DNA from: an uncultured delta proteobacterium | Lineage (GTDB): Bacteria; Myxococcota; Myxococcia; Myxococcales; Anaeromyxobacteraceae | Direction of reading: 5' to 3' | Length of the DNA stretch: 64,000 nt | NCBI GenBank assembly: GCA_963828255.1 | Contig: CAWHDZ010000011.1 | Coordinates: 200,008-264,007 of the forward strand | Shown here: one piece after another, positions 45,581 to 56,214 of the stretch | Position numbering within the stretch: the stretch's first letter is position 1 | Layout: each line of letters starts with the position of its first letter | The notes under the pieces: model-generated | What the model was told of the DNA's origin: nothing | What the model saw: the letters and a program-made list of their open reading frames with translations, nothing else | Databases searched by the model: none | Program-made: the position numbers and the translations under genes

Positions 45581-47151
45581 GCGCGCCCCTCCAGGATGTC
45601 GAGGAACGGGTTGAAGTAGCCGGGCTCCCGCTCGACCACCCCCGCGAGCCCCTTGCCCCCGTCCTCGCGCCGCGAAACGTCCCCGAAGCGGGCCTTCCCG
45701 ATGGCGGCGAAGAGCCCCTCGTCGGCCACCTCCTCGAGGAGGTGGAGGGCCCTCCCCAGCGTCTCCGCGGCCCGGCGCTCCACCATGCCCCCCCTGCGGA
45801 ACTGGATCTCGCCGCCCATGGACTTCCAGGCCCGGTAGACGTAGTCGGCGCTCTTCAGCGCCACGTACCGGTCCATCATGAACGGGTTGTGCATGGCCTC
45901 GGTCATCATGCCGAGGAGCTGGATCGACTGGCCGGTGACCCGGGCCACCACGTCGGCCTGCACGTCGTAGGCGTGGCTGAAGAAGATGTCCCCCTCCTTG
46001 TGCTTGGTGGGGGGCATGTACTTGATGGGGGCGTCGGGGAAGAGGGTGCGCACGAGCAGGGCCTGGGCCATCTCCCGCGCCAGCGTGTCCTCCCGGTGCG
46101 GGTCGATCTCGAAGCTGTGCCCGAGCCCGATGAGCCGGTCGGGCAGGCCGGCGCGGTGGGCGAACGACTCGTTCACGAACTGGCTGGCGATGACCGTGTG
46201 GGCGCCCTCGTCGGCGTCGGCGGTGGTGATGTAGTTGTCCTCGCCGGTGTTGATGATCACGCCCGCGAAGGCGGTCACGCGCCGCGAGAAGTGCTGGTCG
46301 CACAGCGTCCGCTTCATGTTGATGTCGCGGAAGAGGATGCCGTACATGGCGTCGTTGAGCAGCATGTCGAGCCGCTCCCAGGCCGCCGAGTAGGCGATCT
46401 CGCCCATGCAGAGCCCGGACGCGTAGTTGGTGAGCATCACGTAGCGCCGGAGCCGCCTCGACTCCGCGTCGAGCGCCTCGCGCATGATGCGGAAGTTCTC
46501 CTGCGTGGCGTAGGTGCCGCCGTAGCCCTCGGTGGTGGCTCCGTGGGGCACGTAGTCGAGGAGCGACTGGGCGGTGGAGCGGATGACGGCGATGATGTCG
46601 GCCCCGGCCTGGGCGGCGGCGCGGGCCTGCTCCACGTCGTCGTGGATGTTGCCGGTGGCGACGATGAGGTACTTGTGGGGCCTCGGCCCCATGCCCAGCT
46701 CCTCGCGGAGGGCGTCGCGGGACTGGATCCGGCGGCGCAGCTCGTCGGCGGAGGCGCGGGCCTCCCGGGTGACCTCCTCCCGCAGCGCACGGTCCTCGCC
46801 GGGAGGAAGCGCCGCGGGCTCCCGCGGCAGCCCGGTGATCCGCTCGACCACCTGCACGGGGTCCCGCGCGCCCTGCCGGAGCGCCCAACCGAACCAGTAC
46901 GCCGCTCCCCTCCCCAGGAGGCCGCGCTCGTGGATCGCGTCCACCATGAGGTTGACGAGCGGGATCCCGCGCGGCCCGGCGTCGTGGAAGCCGAGCTGCC
47001 GGAGCGCGGTTCGCTCGATCGACACGGTGGTGTGGCGCCCGACGAACCCCATCACCTGGCCGGTGACCCGGTCGGCGAGCGCACGGCAGCGCGCCACCAC
47101 CTCCGGATCGACGTGCAGGTCCGGGACCTCGCGTCCGTCGGGAAGTCGCAT
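45577..47151 (-). CDS. kamD: Lysine 5,6-aminomutase alpha subunit
   Basis: IVATGNI, QSLLDYVP, YATQENF, NYASGLCM, KYMPPTK. Confidence 0.94.
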   Translation of the reverse strand: MRLPDGREVPDLHVDPEVVARCRALADRVTGQVMGFVGRHTTVSIERTALRQLGFHDAGPRGIPLVNLMVDAIHERGLLGRGAAYWFGWALRQGARDPVQVVERITGLPREPAALPPGEDRALREEVTREARASADELRRRIQSRDALREELGMGPRPHKYLIVATGNIHDDVEQARAAAQAGADIIAVIRSTAQSLLDYVPHGATTEGYGGTYATQENFRIMREALDAESRRLRRYVMLTNYASGLCMGEIAYSAAWERLDMLLNDAMYGILFRDINMKRTLCDQHFSRRVTAFAGVIINTGEDNYITTADADEGAHTVIASQFVNESFAHRAGLPDRLIGLGHSFEIDPHREDTLAREMAQALLVRTLFPDAPIKYMPPTKHKEGDIFFSHAYDVQADVVARVTGQSIQLLGMMTEAMHNPFMMDRYVALKSADYVYRAWKSMGGEIQFRRGGMVERRAAETLGRALHLLEEVADEGLFAAIGKARFGDVSRREDGGKGLAGVVEREPGYFNPFLDILEGRA

Positions 47152-47160
47152 CGTTGCTTC

Positions 47161-48477
47161 CTACGACGCCGCCGCGGCGCGAGCAACCTTGCTTCCCAGC
47201 GATACCCCCAGGTCTCCGGCGCGGACCCTGGTGAGGGCCCCCCGGACCGACCCGTGCGCGGGGAACCTGACCTTGGCGTACTCGCGCGACGTTCCGCTGG
47301 CCTCGGGGCCCCGGATGCGCTCCACCACGACCTCGAGTTCCCGGCCCCGCAGCCCCTCCTGGAAGGCCGCCCACCGCCGCGCCGAAACCTCCCGCAACCC
47401 GGCGGCGCGCCGGGCGGCCACCTCGGAAGGCACCCGGCCCTCCATGGCCTCCGCCCGCGTTCCAGGGCGGGGTGAGAAGGCGAAGACGTGAAGGTAGGCG
47501 AGCGGCAGCGACGCGATCAGGGCCAGCGTGTCCCGGTGATCTTCCTCGGTCTCCCCGGGAAACCCGGTCATCACGTCGGCGCCCAGGGCCGCGCGCGGGC
47601 TGGCCCGGGCCACGCCCTCCACGACCCGCGCGTACCCTGCGGCGCGGTATGGCCGTCCCATCGCCGCGAGCATCCGGTCGGAGCCGCTCTGGAGCGGGAC
47701 GTGGAAGTGCTCGCAGAGGACGGCGCCCGCCTCCTCGGCCAGGATCCCCACCGGGAACTCGGCGGGCTCGACGGAGGAGAGCCGGATGCGCCGGACGGTC
47801 CGCGCGGACGCCACCGCGCGCAGGAGGTCCGCGAGCGAGAGGCGCGGCGAGAGGTCCCGTCCCCACCCGCCCAGGTGGACCCCGGAGAGGACCACCTCGG
47901 ACCGGTTGGCGCCGAGGGAGGCGAGCCGGGCCAGGCACGCGCCGATCGGGAGCGACCGGGAGCCGCCCCGGGCGGACGGCACGACACAGTATGCGCAGGC
48001 GTCGTCGCATCCATCCTGCACCTTGAGCACCGGTCGGGCGTCACCCGATCCAGCCGCGGGCGCGCCGCCCCATCCGGGCGCGTCCTTCCTGGCCACGGCG
48101 AGCGCCGCACCTGCGTCGGCGCCGTCGCGCAGCGCCAGGAGGAGCCGGGGGATCACCGGGTGATCCCGAGGGCCGACCACCGCCGCGACCCCGGGGAGCG
48201 CGGCCAGGATCTCCCCCTCCTGCGCGACGTGACAACCGGCCACGACGATGCGGGCGCCCGGGTGCTCCCGCGCGGCGCGGCGCACCGCCTGCCGGGAGGA
48301 GGACGCGGCGTCCGCGGTCACCGAGCAGGTGGAGACGAGCACCCAGTCGGCCCTCTCGCCCGGAGCGGCGGCGCGGAAGCCTTCGGGGAGGGAGGCGGCG
48401 ATCGACCCGGCGTCGGCCCGGCCCACCCGGCACCCGAGCGAGACCGTCGTGAGCCTATCCGCGCGCGATCCGTCCAC
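47161..48477 (-). CDS. mtaB: MiaB-like radical-SAM tRNA methylthiotransferase
   Basis: [32 protein letters not shown]. Confidence 0.85.
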   Translation of the reverse strand: MDGSRADRLTTVSLGCRVGRADAGSIAASLPEGFRAAAPGERADWVLVSTCSVTADAASSSRQAVRRAAREHPGARIVVAGCHVAQEGEILAALPGVAAVVGPRDHPVIPRLLLALRDGADAGAALAVARKDAPGWGGAPAAGSGDARPVLKVQDGCDDACAYCVVPSARGGSRSLPIGACLARLASLGANRSEVVLSGVHLGGWGRDLSPRLSLADLLRAVASARTVRRIRLSSVEPAEFPVGILAEEAGAVLCEHFHVPLQSGSDRMLAAMGRPYRAAGYARVVEGVARASPRAALGADVMTGFPGETEEDHRDTLALIASLPLAYLHVFAFSPRPGTRAEAMEGRVPSEVAARRAAGLREVSARRWAAFQEGLRGRELEVVVERIRGPEASGTSREYAKVRFPAHGSVRGALTRVRAGDLGVSLGSKVARAAAAS

Positions 48478-49514
48478 CGCCCACCACCTCGTCGCCGTCG
48501 TAGAAGACCGCGGCCTGCCCGGGGGCGACGCCCCGCACGGCGGCGCGCAGGCGGACCTGCGCCCTCCCCCCGGCCTCCGGCATGACCTCTCCCTGCTCTC
48601 CATCGTGCCTGTGGCGCACCCGGACCAGGAAGGAACGTGGTCCGGCCGGGGGTGCCCCTGCCGACCAGCGGACCTCCTCGACCTGGAACCGCTCGCTCCC
48701 GGCCTCGGCCGCGGTCCCCACCACCACCCGGGCGGAACCGGGCTCGATCCGGACCACGTAGGACGGTTCGCCCCGGGCCACGCCGAGCCCGCGCCTCTGA
48801 CCCACGGTGAACCGGTGCACGCCGCCGTGCCGCCCCAGCACCCGCCCCTCCCCGTCCACCACCTCCCCGGGGCGCGCCGACCCGGGACGCCTGAGCTCGA
48901 CGAACCGGCCCGCGTCGCCGTCGGTGACGAAGCAGAATCTCCTGCGACTCGGCCTTCTCGGCCGTGGAGAGGCCGGCGCGGGCGGCCAGCTCCCGCACCT
49001 CGCCCTTGGTCAGGCTCCCCACCGGGAAGATCAGGTCCGCGAGCTCGGCCTGCCCCAGCCCGTGGAGAAAGTAGCTCTGGTCCTTGCGGGGATCGGCGCC
49101 GGCCAGCAAGGCCAGCCTGTCCCCGCGGCGCTCCACCCGCGCGTAGTGGCCGGTGGCGAGCCTGGCCCCCAGCGCGCGGGCCCGGCGCAGCAGCCAGTCG
49201 AACTTCACCTCGGCGTTGCAGGTGATGCAGGGGTTGGGGGTGAGCCCGGCCAGGTAGTCGTCCACGAAGCGGTCCACCACGCGGCGGCCGAACTCCTCCT
49301 CCACGTTGGCGACGTAGAAGGGGATCCCCAGGTGGCGAGCCACCGCGCGGGCGTCCTCGAGATCGTCGGGGGAGCAGCAGGAGCGCCCCCGGGCAGGGTC
49401 GGAGGCGTCGCGGACCCGCATGGAGACGCCCAGCACCTCGTGCCCCTGGGCGACCAGGAGGGCCGCGGCGGCCGACGAGTCCACGCCGCCCGACATGGCC
49501 ACGAGCACCCGCAC
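48455..49514 (-). pseudogene. mnmA: tRNA 2-thiouridylase MnmA with a single frameshift near 48936
   Basis: SGGVDS, TPNPC, TGHYA, KDQSY, ESQEI, then CFV...TVGQRRGL...PGQAAVFY in the next frame. Confidence 0.88.
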
Positions 49515-49518
49515 CGGC

Positions 49519-50733
49519 CTAGCCCGTCGCCGCCTGGAGGGGAATCTCGAGGACGAACTTGGAGCCGGTGAACTGGCGCCGCACCCCCTCCGACTGGGCG
49601 CGCGGCGGGCTCTCCAGCGAGATGGTCCCCCCGTGGGCCTCGACGATGCGCCGCGCCACCGGGAGTCCCAGGCCGCTCCCGGGGTGCTTGGCCCTCTCGT
49701 CCTTCCCCGCGGCGTGGGAGAAGGGCTCGAAGACGTGCTTCTGCTCCTGCGGAACGATGCCCGGCCCCTGATCCGACACGGCGAAGCGCAGCGCCCTGTC
49801 GTCGCGCTGGACCTCCACGAGCACCTCGCCGCCGTGCGGGGAGAACTTCACGGCGTTGCCCACGACGTTGGCGAGAGCTTGCCGGAGCTTGCGGGGGTCG
49901 GCGGTGATGGGGCCGCCCCCGGCCTTCTGCACGGCGACGTGGAGCCGGGCCTCGCGGATGGCGGGGCGGAGGTCGGCCACCACCTCCTCGGCGAGGGCGT
50001 CGGCATCGACGTCGGCGGGGAAGAGCGCCGCGTCGGAGGACTGGAGCGTGGCGAAGTCGGACAGGTTCTCCACCACGCGGGTGAGGCGGCCGGTGGCTCC
50101 CTGGATCGACTCGAGGATGCGCGCCTGCTGCGCCGAGAGCGGCCCGAGCTTGTTGGACGCGAGGATCTTGAGGTACCCCGACATGGGCGTGAGCGCCGTG
50201 CGGAGCTCGTGGGCCAGGTTGCCGATGAAGATGCGGCTGAGCCGGTCCCGCTCGAGGCAGCGCTCCTCCCACCCCCGGGCGTCCTCGAGGGCGTGCTCGA
50301 GGTGGTTCACCATGGCCGCGGAGAGGGCGCGGAGCCCGGCCCGCTCCCCGGCCTCCGGAAGACGCTCCCGCTGCCCTCCCAGCACCGCGTGGACCTCGGC
50401 CAGCAGCCGGGCGTCGTCCACCGGCCGGGCCAGGAAGGCGTCGGCCCCGGCGGCGAGCGCCAGGTCGTGCTCGCTGGCGGCGTCACCGAGCGCCAGGAAG
50501 GGCACGCTGGCCAGGGCCTTCTCCTGCTTCAAGCGGCTGGCGATCTCCACGCCGTCGATGTCCGGGAGGTGGACGTCCGCGATGACCAGGTCGGGGGGCA
50601 GGTTGAGCGCCCGCTGGATGCCTGCCAGGCCGGACGATGCCTCGTCCACCGCGAAGCCATCGGACTCGAGGAGCCGGCGGACGCGCGCGCGGAAGGGAAG
50701 GTCGCTCTCGATGCAGAGGATGCGCTGGGGCAT
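49519..50733 (-). CDS. Hybrid receiver-histidine kinase
   Basis: N-terminal REC, AHELRT, NAVKFS, DQGPGI, GSGLGL. Confidence 0.92.
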   Translation of the reverse strand: MPQRILCIESDLPFRARVRRLLESDGFAVDEASSGLAGIQRALNLPPDLVIADVHLPDIDGVEIASRLKQEKALASVPFLALGDAASEHDLALAAGADAFLARPVDDARLLAEVHAVLGGQRERLPEAGERAGLRALSAAMVNHLEHALEDARGWEERCLERDRLSRIFIGNLAHELRTALTPMSGYLKILASNKLGPLSAQQARILESIQGATGRLTRVVENLSDFATLQSSDAALFPADVDADALAEEVVADLRPAIREARLHVAVQKAGGGPITADPRKLRQALANVVGNAVKFSPHGGEVLVEVQRDDRALRFAVSDQGPGIVPQEQKHVFEPFSHAAGKDERAKHPGSGLGLPVARRIVEAHGGTISLESPPRAQSEGVRRQFTGSKFVLEIPLQAATG

Positions 50734-50807
50734 GGTGGGGGGCTTCCGGACGGGTTGGGATGATAGTCCCGCCCTGCCCCGGCGGCTCCGGAAAACGACG
50801 CGTCGGG

Positions 50808-52181
50808 TCAACCCTTCCCGGCGCCCGCGAGGTCCGCCGGCCGCCCCTCCCCCCAGGAACGCAACCTGGCGGAAAGGCGGGCCTTCGTGTTCGTGGCGGG
50901 CACTTCCAGGACCTCGTCGAGGAGGAGGCGCAGGGCCTCCCCGACCTCCCTCCCCGATATTCCGGGAAGGAGGTCCATGACTTCCTTCCCGCCCAGCGCC
51001 AGCTCGGCGACCGAGAGCGGCGCGCCGCTGCGGAGCTCGGCCGCCACCCTGGCCGCGAATCTCCGGACCTCGGCGACACGCGTCGCCGTCCGCGCCCCCT
51101 GGTGCCGGGCGTCGGCCTTCCAGAGCGCGAGGAAGAGCGGGGCCCGCTCGCGCCCGACCGACGCGAGCCAACGCCTCGTTCCCGCGTGGCCACCGTTTCC
51201 TTCGGATGGCCCCTTCTCGTCGAGCCCGCAGCGGCCGCCCGAGAGGGCGACGACGCCGGTGGCGAGCCGGTTGGGCAGGCGAAGCTCGACCACCGCCTGC
51301 ATGGCCTCCTCCGACGGGAGCACATGGAGGAGCGCAGCCATCCGGAGCAGGCGGCAGCGCTCCCGCGCCTCGTCCGGAACGGCGCCTCGGGGCGTCGGGA
51401 AGGGCTCGGAGGCGACGGCGAGCGCGTGCCGGACCCGGGCGGTCGGCAGGGCGGCGAGGCGCGGCAGCACGACCGGGAGGAGGCCGGTGGCCGCGAGGGC
51501 GGCGATCCCGCTGGCGGCGTGGGGCCCGACGAGCAGTCGCGACAGCTCCTCCGCCACCCGCTCGCGGGAGACCAGGGCGACCACCTGGAGCGCCCCCGGG
51601 ATGGCGTCGCGGGTCTGCGGTGCGAGCCGGAATCCCAGCTGGGAGACGAAGCGCACGCCCCGCATCGGGCGGAGCCCGTCCTCGGCGAAGCGCTCGCGCG
51701 GGTCGCCCACCGCCCGGATGAGCTTCCGGGCGAGGTCGGCCCTGCCACCGTGGGGGTCGCGCAGCTCCCCCGAGAGCGGGTCCCAGGCCATGGCGTTCAC
51801 GGTGAAGTCGCGCCGGGCCAGGTCGGCCTCGAGGTCGTCGTGGAAGGTGACCCGGCTCGGGCGGCGTCCGTCCACGTAGGCCTCCTCCCCGCGGAAGGTG
51901 GTCACCTCGACCCGCGCCCCTCCCTCGACGACGGTCACGGTTCCGTGGTCGATGCCGGTCGGGATCACCTTGCGGAAGAGGGCCTGCACCTCCGTGGGAG
52001 TGGCCTTCGACGCCACGTCGAACTCGCCGGGATCGTGGCGGGTGCGGTCGAGGAGGAGGTCGCGGACCACGCCCCCGACCAGCCAGGCGCGGTGGCCGGC
52101 ATCCGTCAGCCTCCGGAGGACGCCGAGCACCGGCGGCGGGACGGCGGCGGGGCGGAGTCGCGGGTTTCCCGGGGATGCCAT
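50808..52181 (-). CDS. Class II tRNA nucleotidyltransferase (CCA/poly(A) polymerase family)
   Basis: VGGVVRDLLL, EFDV, RRDFTVNAM, EDGLR. Confidence 0.9.
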   Translation of the reverse strand: MASPGNPRLRPAAVPPPVLGVLRRLTDAGHRAWLVGGVVRDLLLDRTRHDPGEFDVASKATPTEVQALFRKVIPTGIDHGTVTVVEGGARVEVTTFRGEEAYVDGRRPSRVTFHDDLEADLARRDFTVNAMAWDPLSGELRDPHGGRADLARKLIRAVGDPRERFAEDGLRPMRGVRFVSQLGFRLAPQTRDAIPGALQVVALVSRERVAEELSRLLVGPHAASGIAALAATGLLPVVLPRLAALPTARVRHALAVASEPFPTPRGAVPDEARERCRLLRMAALLHVLPSEEAMQAVVELRLPNRLATGVVALSGGRCGLDEKGPSEGNGGHAGTRRWLASVGRERAPLFLALWKADARHQGARTATRVAEVRRFAARVAAELRSGAPLSVAELALGGKEVMDLLPGISGREVGEALRLLLDEVLEVPATNTKARLSARLRSWGEGRPADLAGAGKG

Positions 52182-52247
52182 CGTGGTCTACCCAAAGCCG
52201 AAAAGACCGGCGGGGTCCAGTCCCCCGGTGCTGATATCCTTCCTGGC

Positions 52248-54071
52248 ATGAGGGACGAGGGGCGCCCGGCGCCTGGAGCCGTGACCCGCCTGCTCGAGGA
52301 ACTGGCGGATGCCCCGCCCTCCGAGGTGGGGGAGGGATGGAGCAGCTGGCTCGCACCCGGAGTGAAGGTCGGGCCGGTCGAGCTGGTCCGCGAGATCGGC
52401 CGGGGCGGCTTCGGCGTGGTCTGGGAGGCGGTGGACCGGCAGTCCGGCAGGCACGTGGCCTTCAAGGCGGTTCGCCCCGGCGGGAAGGCGGGCATCCGCG
52501 AGGCGCGCCTGCTCCACGAGGCGGAGGTCGCGGGGAGGATCGTCCACCCCGGGATCGTCTCCCTCCTCGACGTCGGGCAGGGCGCCCACGGCCCCTACCT
52601 GGTGCTGGAGCTCCTGCGCGGCTGGACCCTCGCCGAGCGGCTCGACTACGGGCCCCTCCCGCCCTCGGAGGCGCTGCGCATCGTCCTGGCCACGACCCGC
52701 GCGGTGGCGCACGCCCATGCGAACGGAGTGGTCCATCGCGATCTCAAGCCGGCCAACGTCTTCCTCTGCGAGGACGGCGCGGTCAAGGTCCTCGACTTCG
52801 GGCTGGCCCACGCCTTCGGTCAGGCGCGGTCCGGCGGCGGAACGCCGGCGTACATGGCCCCCGAGCAGTGGCGAGGCGCCCCGGAGGACGAGCGGACCGA
52901 CGTCTTCGCTCTCGGCGTCCTTCTCCACCGGCTGCTGGCCGGGGAACCACCCTTCCTGGACGACGGAGGCCGGACCGCGCAGGGCCCCGAACCGGCGCCG
53001 GCCCTGGAGGTCGCGGGCGCCCCCTCGATCGGACCCCTCCTCCAGCTCATGCTGAAGAAGGACCCGGTGGACCGGCCGCGGGACGCCGGGCAGGCCCTTC
53101 CCGGGATCGAGGCCGCCATCGAGGAGCTCTCCCGCGCCCCGGCCGCCGTGGCCTCGGTGCCGGTGCGTGTGCGTCGGGTTCCGACCGCCGACGCCCGGGC
53201 CTACGATTTCTGCCAGCGCGCCCGGCAGTTCCTCAAGGTCCCGCGGAAGGCCAACCTCCGCTTCGCCTGCGAGATGTTCTCGAAGGCGACCGAGGTCGAT
53301 CCGCTCTACGCGCCGGCGCACGCCGGCCTGGCCGGGGGCGCGGCCCAGTTGCAGATGCTCTACCCGTCCCCGGATGGGGAGCAGCTCCGCATCGCCGAGG
53401 CGGCCAGCCTCCGGGCCCTGGAGCTCGATCCGGGGCTCGCCGAGGCCCACGCCGCCCGCGGGCTCACCCTCTTCCTCTCCCGGCGCGTCGAGGAGGCCGA
53501 GAAGGAGTTCCTCATCGCCATCGCGGCCAATCCCTCCCGCCCGGAGGCCCGCTACTTCTACGCCCGCGCCTGCTTCCAGCAGGGGCGGCACGAGCTGGCC
53601 GCCCGCCTCTGCCGCGAGGCGAACGCCGTCCGGGAGGACTACCAGGCGGCCTTCTTCGCCGCCCAGGCCAGCGAGGCCGGGGGAGCGAGCGAGGCCGCGG
53701 CGGAGGCCTACCGGGTCGCGCTCGGAGTCTGCGAGCGCCACATGGAGATGAACCCCGACGACCCGAGGGCCGCGACGATGCGGGCCGTCTGCCTGGCCCG
53801 CACCGGGCGGCGGGAGGAGGGGCTCCACTGGGCGAGGCAGGCGCTCGCCATCGACCCGCTCGACGCCGGGGTCCGCTACAACGTGGCCTGCCTCTACGCC
53901 GTCGAGGGCGCCCTCGACGATGCGCTCACCTGCCTCGAGGAGGTGGTGCGGGCCGGGTTCCGGAACAGGGAGTGGATGGAACGCGACCCCGACCTCTCGT
54001 CGCTGCGCGGGCAGCCCCGCTTCCAGGCGCTCATGGACGGAATGGCGGCCTCGCCGTCCGCCGGCCCTTGA
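52248..54071 (+). CDS. Ser/Thr protein kinase with C-terminal TPRs
   Basis: GRGGFG, VAFK, HRDLKPAN, DFG, GTPAYMAPEQ; YNVACLYA. Confidence 0.92.
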   Translation: MRDEGRPAPGAVTRLLEELADAPPSEVGEGWSSWLAPGVKVGPVELVREIGRGGFGVVWEAVDRQSGRHVAFKAVRPGGKAGIREARLLHEAEVAGRIVHPGIVSLLDVGQGAHGPYLVLELLRGWTLAERLDYGPLPPSEALRIVLATTRAVAHAHANGVVHRDLKPANVFLCEDGAVKVLDFGLAHAFGQARSGGGTPAYMAPEQWRGAPEDERTDVFALGVLLHRLLAGEPPFLDDGGRTAQGPEPAPALEVAGAPSIGPLLQLMLKKDPVDRPRDAGQALPGIEAAIEELSRAPAAVASVPVRVRRVPTADARAYDFCQRARQFLKVPRKANLRFACEMFSKATEVDPLYAPAHAGLAGGAAQLQMLYPSPDGEQLRIAEAASLRALELDPGLAEAHAARGLTLFLSRRVEEAEKEFLIAIAANPSRPEARYFYARACFQQGRHELAARLCREANAVREDYQAAFFAAQASEAGGASEAAAEAYRVALGVCERHMEMNPDDPRAATMRAVCLARTGRREEGLHWARQALAIDPLDAGVRYNVACLYAVEGALDDALTCLEEVVRAGFRNREWMERDPDLSSLRGQPRFQALMDGMAASPSAGP

Positions 54072-54272
54072 TCGCCCAGGCCCGCGCTCCTCTCCCCTCC
54101 GGGGAGCGGGATGCTGAGGCAGGGCACGATCGGGCGGGCGATGAGGTTCAATCCCTCGGTGAGCTCCCCCCAGCGCGGCCGCGATGCTGCCGGAGAGCAT
54201 GGGACCGGACTCGACCAGATCCCGGTCCCGCTCCGCCAGTGAAACGTTGGGGCCCTGCCGCCCCGGGGAAAG

Positions 54273-54319
54273 TGGTGGCCCCGACGTGACTCGAACACGT
54301 GGCCTACGGTTTAGGAAAC
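54273..54319 (-). repeat. att site: duplicated 3' 47 nt of tRNA-Arg
   Basis: TGGTGGCCCCGACGTGACTCGAACACGTGGCCTACGGTTTAGGAAAC identical to 63669-63715. Confidence 0.97.
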
Positions 54320-54401
54320 GTTCTTGAACCCTAATGGGTCCAGGTGGTTAGTCGATTGGCGTAGGTTTCATGGGGTCCCCTTGCCTCCCGATGAGCCGCC
54401 C

Positions 54402-54454
54402 TGGTCCCACGGTGGTCCCACGCTGCACGCTTTCTAGGCAGCGGTGGTCCCACG
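54402..54454 (+). repeat. Three TGGTCCCACG repeats (putative integrase arm sites)
   Basis: Copies at 54402, 54413, 54445; the same motif recurs at the other end. Confidence 0.8.
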
Positions 54455-54577
54455 GTCTGCGCTCGCTAGTGACTCTCGGTAACCGGAGGAGGTGGAGGCG
54501 GGAACCCGTTGGCGATCTGGGTCCCCTTCCCCCCGCGAAGCCGCGGGGGTCTGTTCGTGGACGGCAAGGGTGAGTGG

Positions 54578-55072
54578 CTACCTCGTGCCCGAGAAGTATC
54601 CGGTGCCCCAATACCACTCGTTCTCCCCCAGATCGCTGCACCCCCGGACCATTACCCCGATCGTGATCTCGACGGTTCGGGTGGCGGCATCCAGCGCCGC
54701 AGAGATGGTCCCGATCTCCAGGGTATTCCCGGTCCCGCACGGCAGGTCGATCAGGCAACTGGTTTTGCCGTCCCCTGACGCCCGGTACGGCGACGCAGCC
54801 GGGACGTAGATGAAGGCTGATGCAGCCGGGATGGCGGCACAGATTCCGGTCAACGAAATCCTCACAACACCAGCCCCGGGATTCGAAAGCGAGAGCGCCC
54901 CCACCTTGGTCACGGTGGCGAGCCGTGGCGACGTCAAAACGTAACTCCCCGCATAGGTGCCTTCCCACGCTGCGGCCGGATCGGGAGGGGGTGGAGCCGG
55001 TGCCGTATCCGCGCCCCCCCCGCACGCTGCGACCAAGAGCGCGACAACGACAACCACGATTCGGGTGTGCAT
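54578..55072 (-). CDS. Putative lipoprotein (element cargo)
   Basis: MHTRIVVVVVALLVAAC lipobox, GGAG RBS, beta-rich mature part. Confidence 0.75.
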   Translation of the reverse strand: MHTRIVVVVVALLVAACGGGADTAPAPPPPDPAAAWEGTYAGSYVLTSPRLATVTKVGALSLSNPGAGVVRISLTGICAAIPAASAFIYVPAASPYRASGDGKTSCLIDLPCGTGNTLEIGTISAALDAATRTVEITIGVMVRGCSDLGENEWYWGTGYFSGTR

Positions 55073-55576
55073 GGTGTCTCCAGTCGAGGGTCCGTCGCGG
55101 CGCTGGCCGCAGAGACATCCTCCCTACCTGACGGACCTGGGCGCCGCTGGTGACTCCCGGATGGGGATGGCACCCAGATGGCCGCCCTGCACTCTAAGTG
55201 GAGCAGATGGGTGGCCTATCCGTTGAGTCGCCAGGGGCGGCGTGCGAGCGGGCCGGATTGGCGAGGAGGTGGGGGGCGGGAACCCGCTTGCGTTCCGGGG
55301 ACCCGTTCCGCTGATCGACGGGGTGGCCTCGCACACGCCAGCGCCGCGCATCTTCCTCCTCTCAACGACCCTGTTCCACCTTGGGTTTACTGGAACGGAT
55401 CCGAACGGTTCTTCATGGGGGGCGGGGGTCCGATCCTGGAGCGGGGACGGCGACGACGACGAGCGGCCCGGCGCAAGACGGCACCCCCCCCTCCCTCCCT
55501 GACAACTGCGCACACTCGTAGTGTGGCCCGCACGGGGTCTTGTAGGCTCGATGGGCGGCATGGGATCTTGCCCCGC

Positions 55577-55777
55577 ATGATCGTCAGCGACTCGTTCCTC
55601 GACAGACTCACCACCCTCGCCACCGACCCCGCAGCGCAGCCGGCGCTTGCTACCGAGCTTCGTGCCTGGATGGACGTTGCCGACGTAGCCCGCGCCAGGG
55701 TATTCGCCCTGGTAGACGATGGCGACCTTGCCGGCGCCGTGGCCCTGCTCGCCGGGTTTCATGAGGCCGACTCGTGA
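55577..55777 (+). CDS. Small hypothetical protein (66 aa)
   Basis: MIVSDSFLDRL...; GTGA-coupled to the next ORF. Confidence 0.6.
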   Translation: MIVSDSFLDRLTTLATDPAAQPALATELRAWMDVADVARARVFALVDDGDLAGAVALLAGFHEADS

Positions 55778-56019
55778 TCGCGACCAAGGCGTTCGCAAAG
55801 CGCATCGCTGGGCTTCGCTCCCGCTGCGAGCGAGAGGGCTACAACGGGACGGCTGGCGACCAGCTGCGTCGCGAGGTGGCCGCCTGGGTCAGCGTGTGCC
55901 GACGAGTCGCTACCCTTGCCGAGAGGGACCTTGTGGCCGGCGACCTCGACAGCGCGACCGAGACAGTCCGCACCTCTTCCCGCTTCACCCTTGCCGACGT
56001 CCTGGCAGCCACCACCTGA
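55774..56019 (+). CDS. Small hypothetical protein (81 aa), apparent paralog of the previous ORF
   Basis: MIATKAFAKRI...EVAAWVSV...GDL; followed by a terminator. Confidence 0.6.
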   Translation: MIATKAFAKRIAGLRSRCEREGYNGTAGDQLRREVAAWVSVCRRVATLAERDLVAGDLDSATETVRTSSRFTLADVLAATT

Positions 56020-56044
56020 CAGCGGACCCCGGGGACGCAGGGCC

Positions 56045-56070
56045 AGCCCGGGCGCCAACCCGGGCTTTTT
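56045..56070 (+). terminator. Intrinsic terminator
   Basis: AGCCCGGG-cgccaa-CCCGGGCT plus T run. Confidence 0.8.
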
Positions 56071-56214
56071 CGTGCCCGCCTCCCTGGCCATCCTCCCCGG
56101 TGGCCGTGGCTGCCCTGCCACGAACGGACCCCCGTTCCCTCCCCGGCAACCCCCCGTGTCTCCTCGTGGCCCCGTGCCTTGCCACGGACGGTGGTTCGTG
56201 GCATAGTGGCAGCC

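Noticed and set aside
54273..54319. Second tRNA-Arg gene
   Set aside because: Only the 3' 47 nt are present; this is the att duplication.
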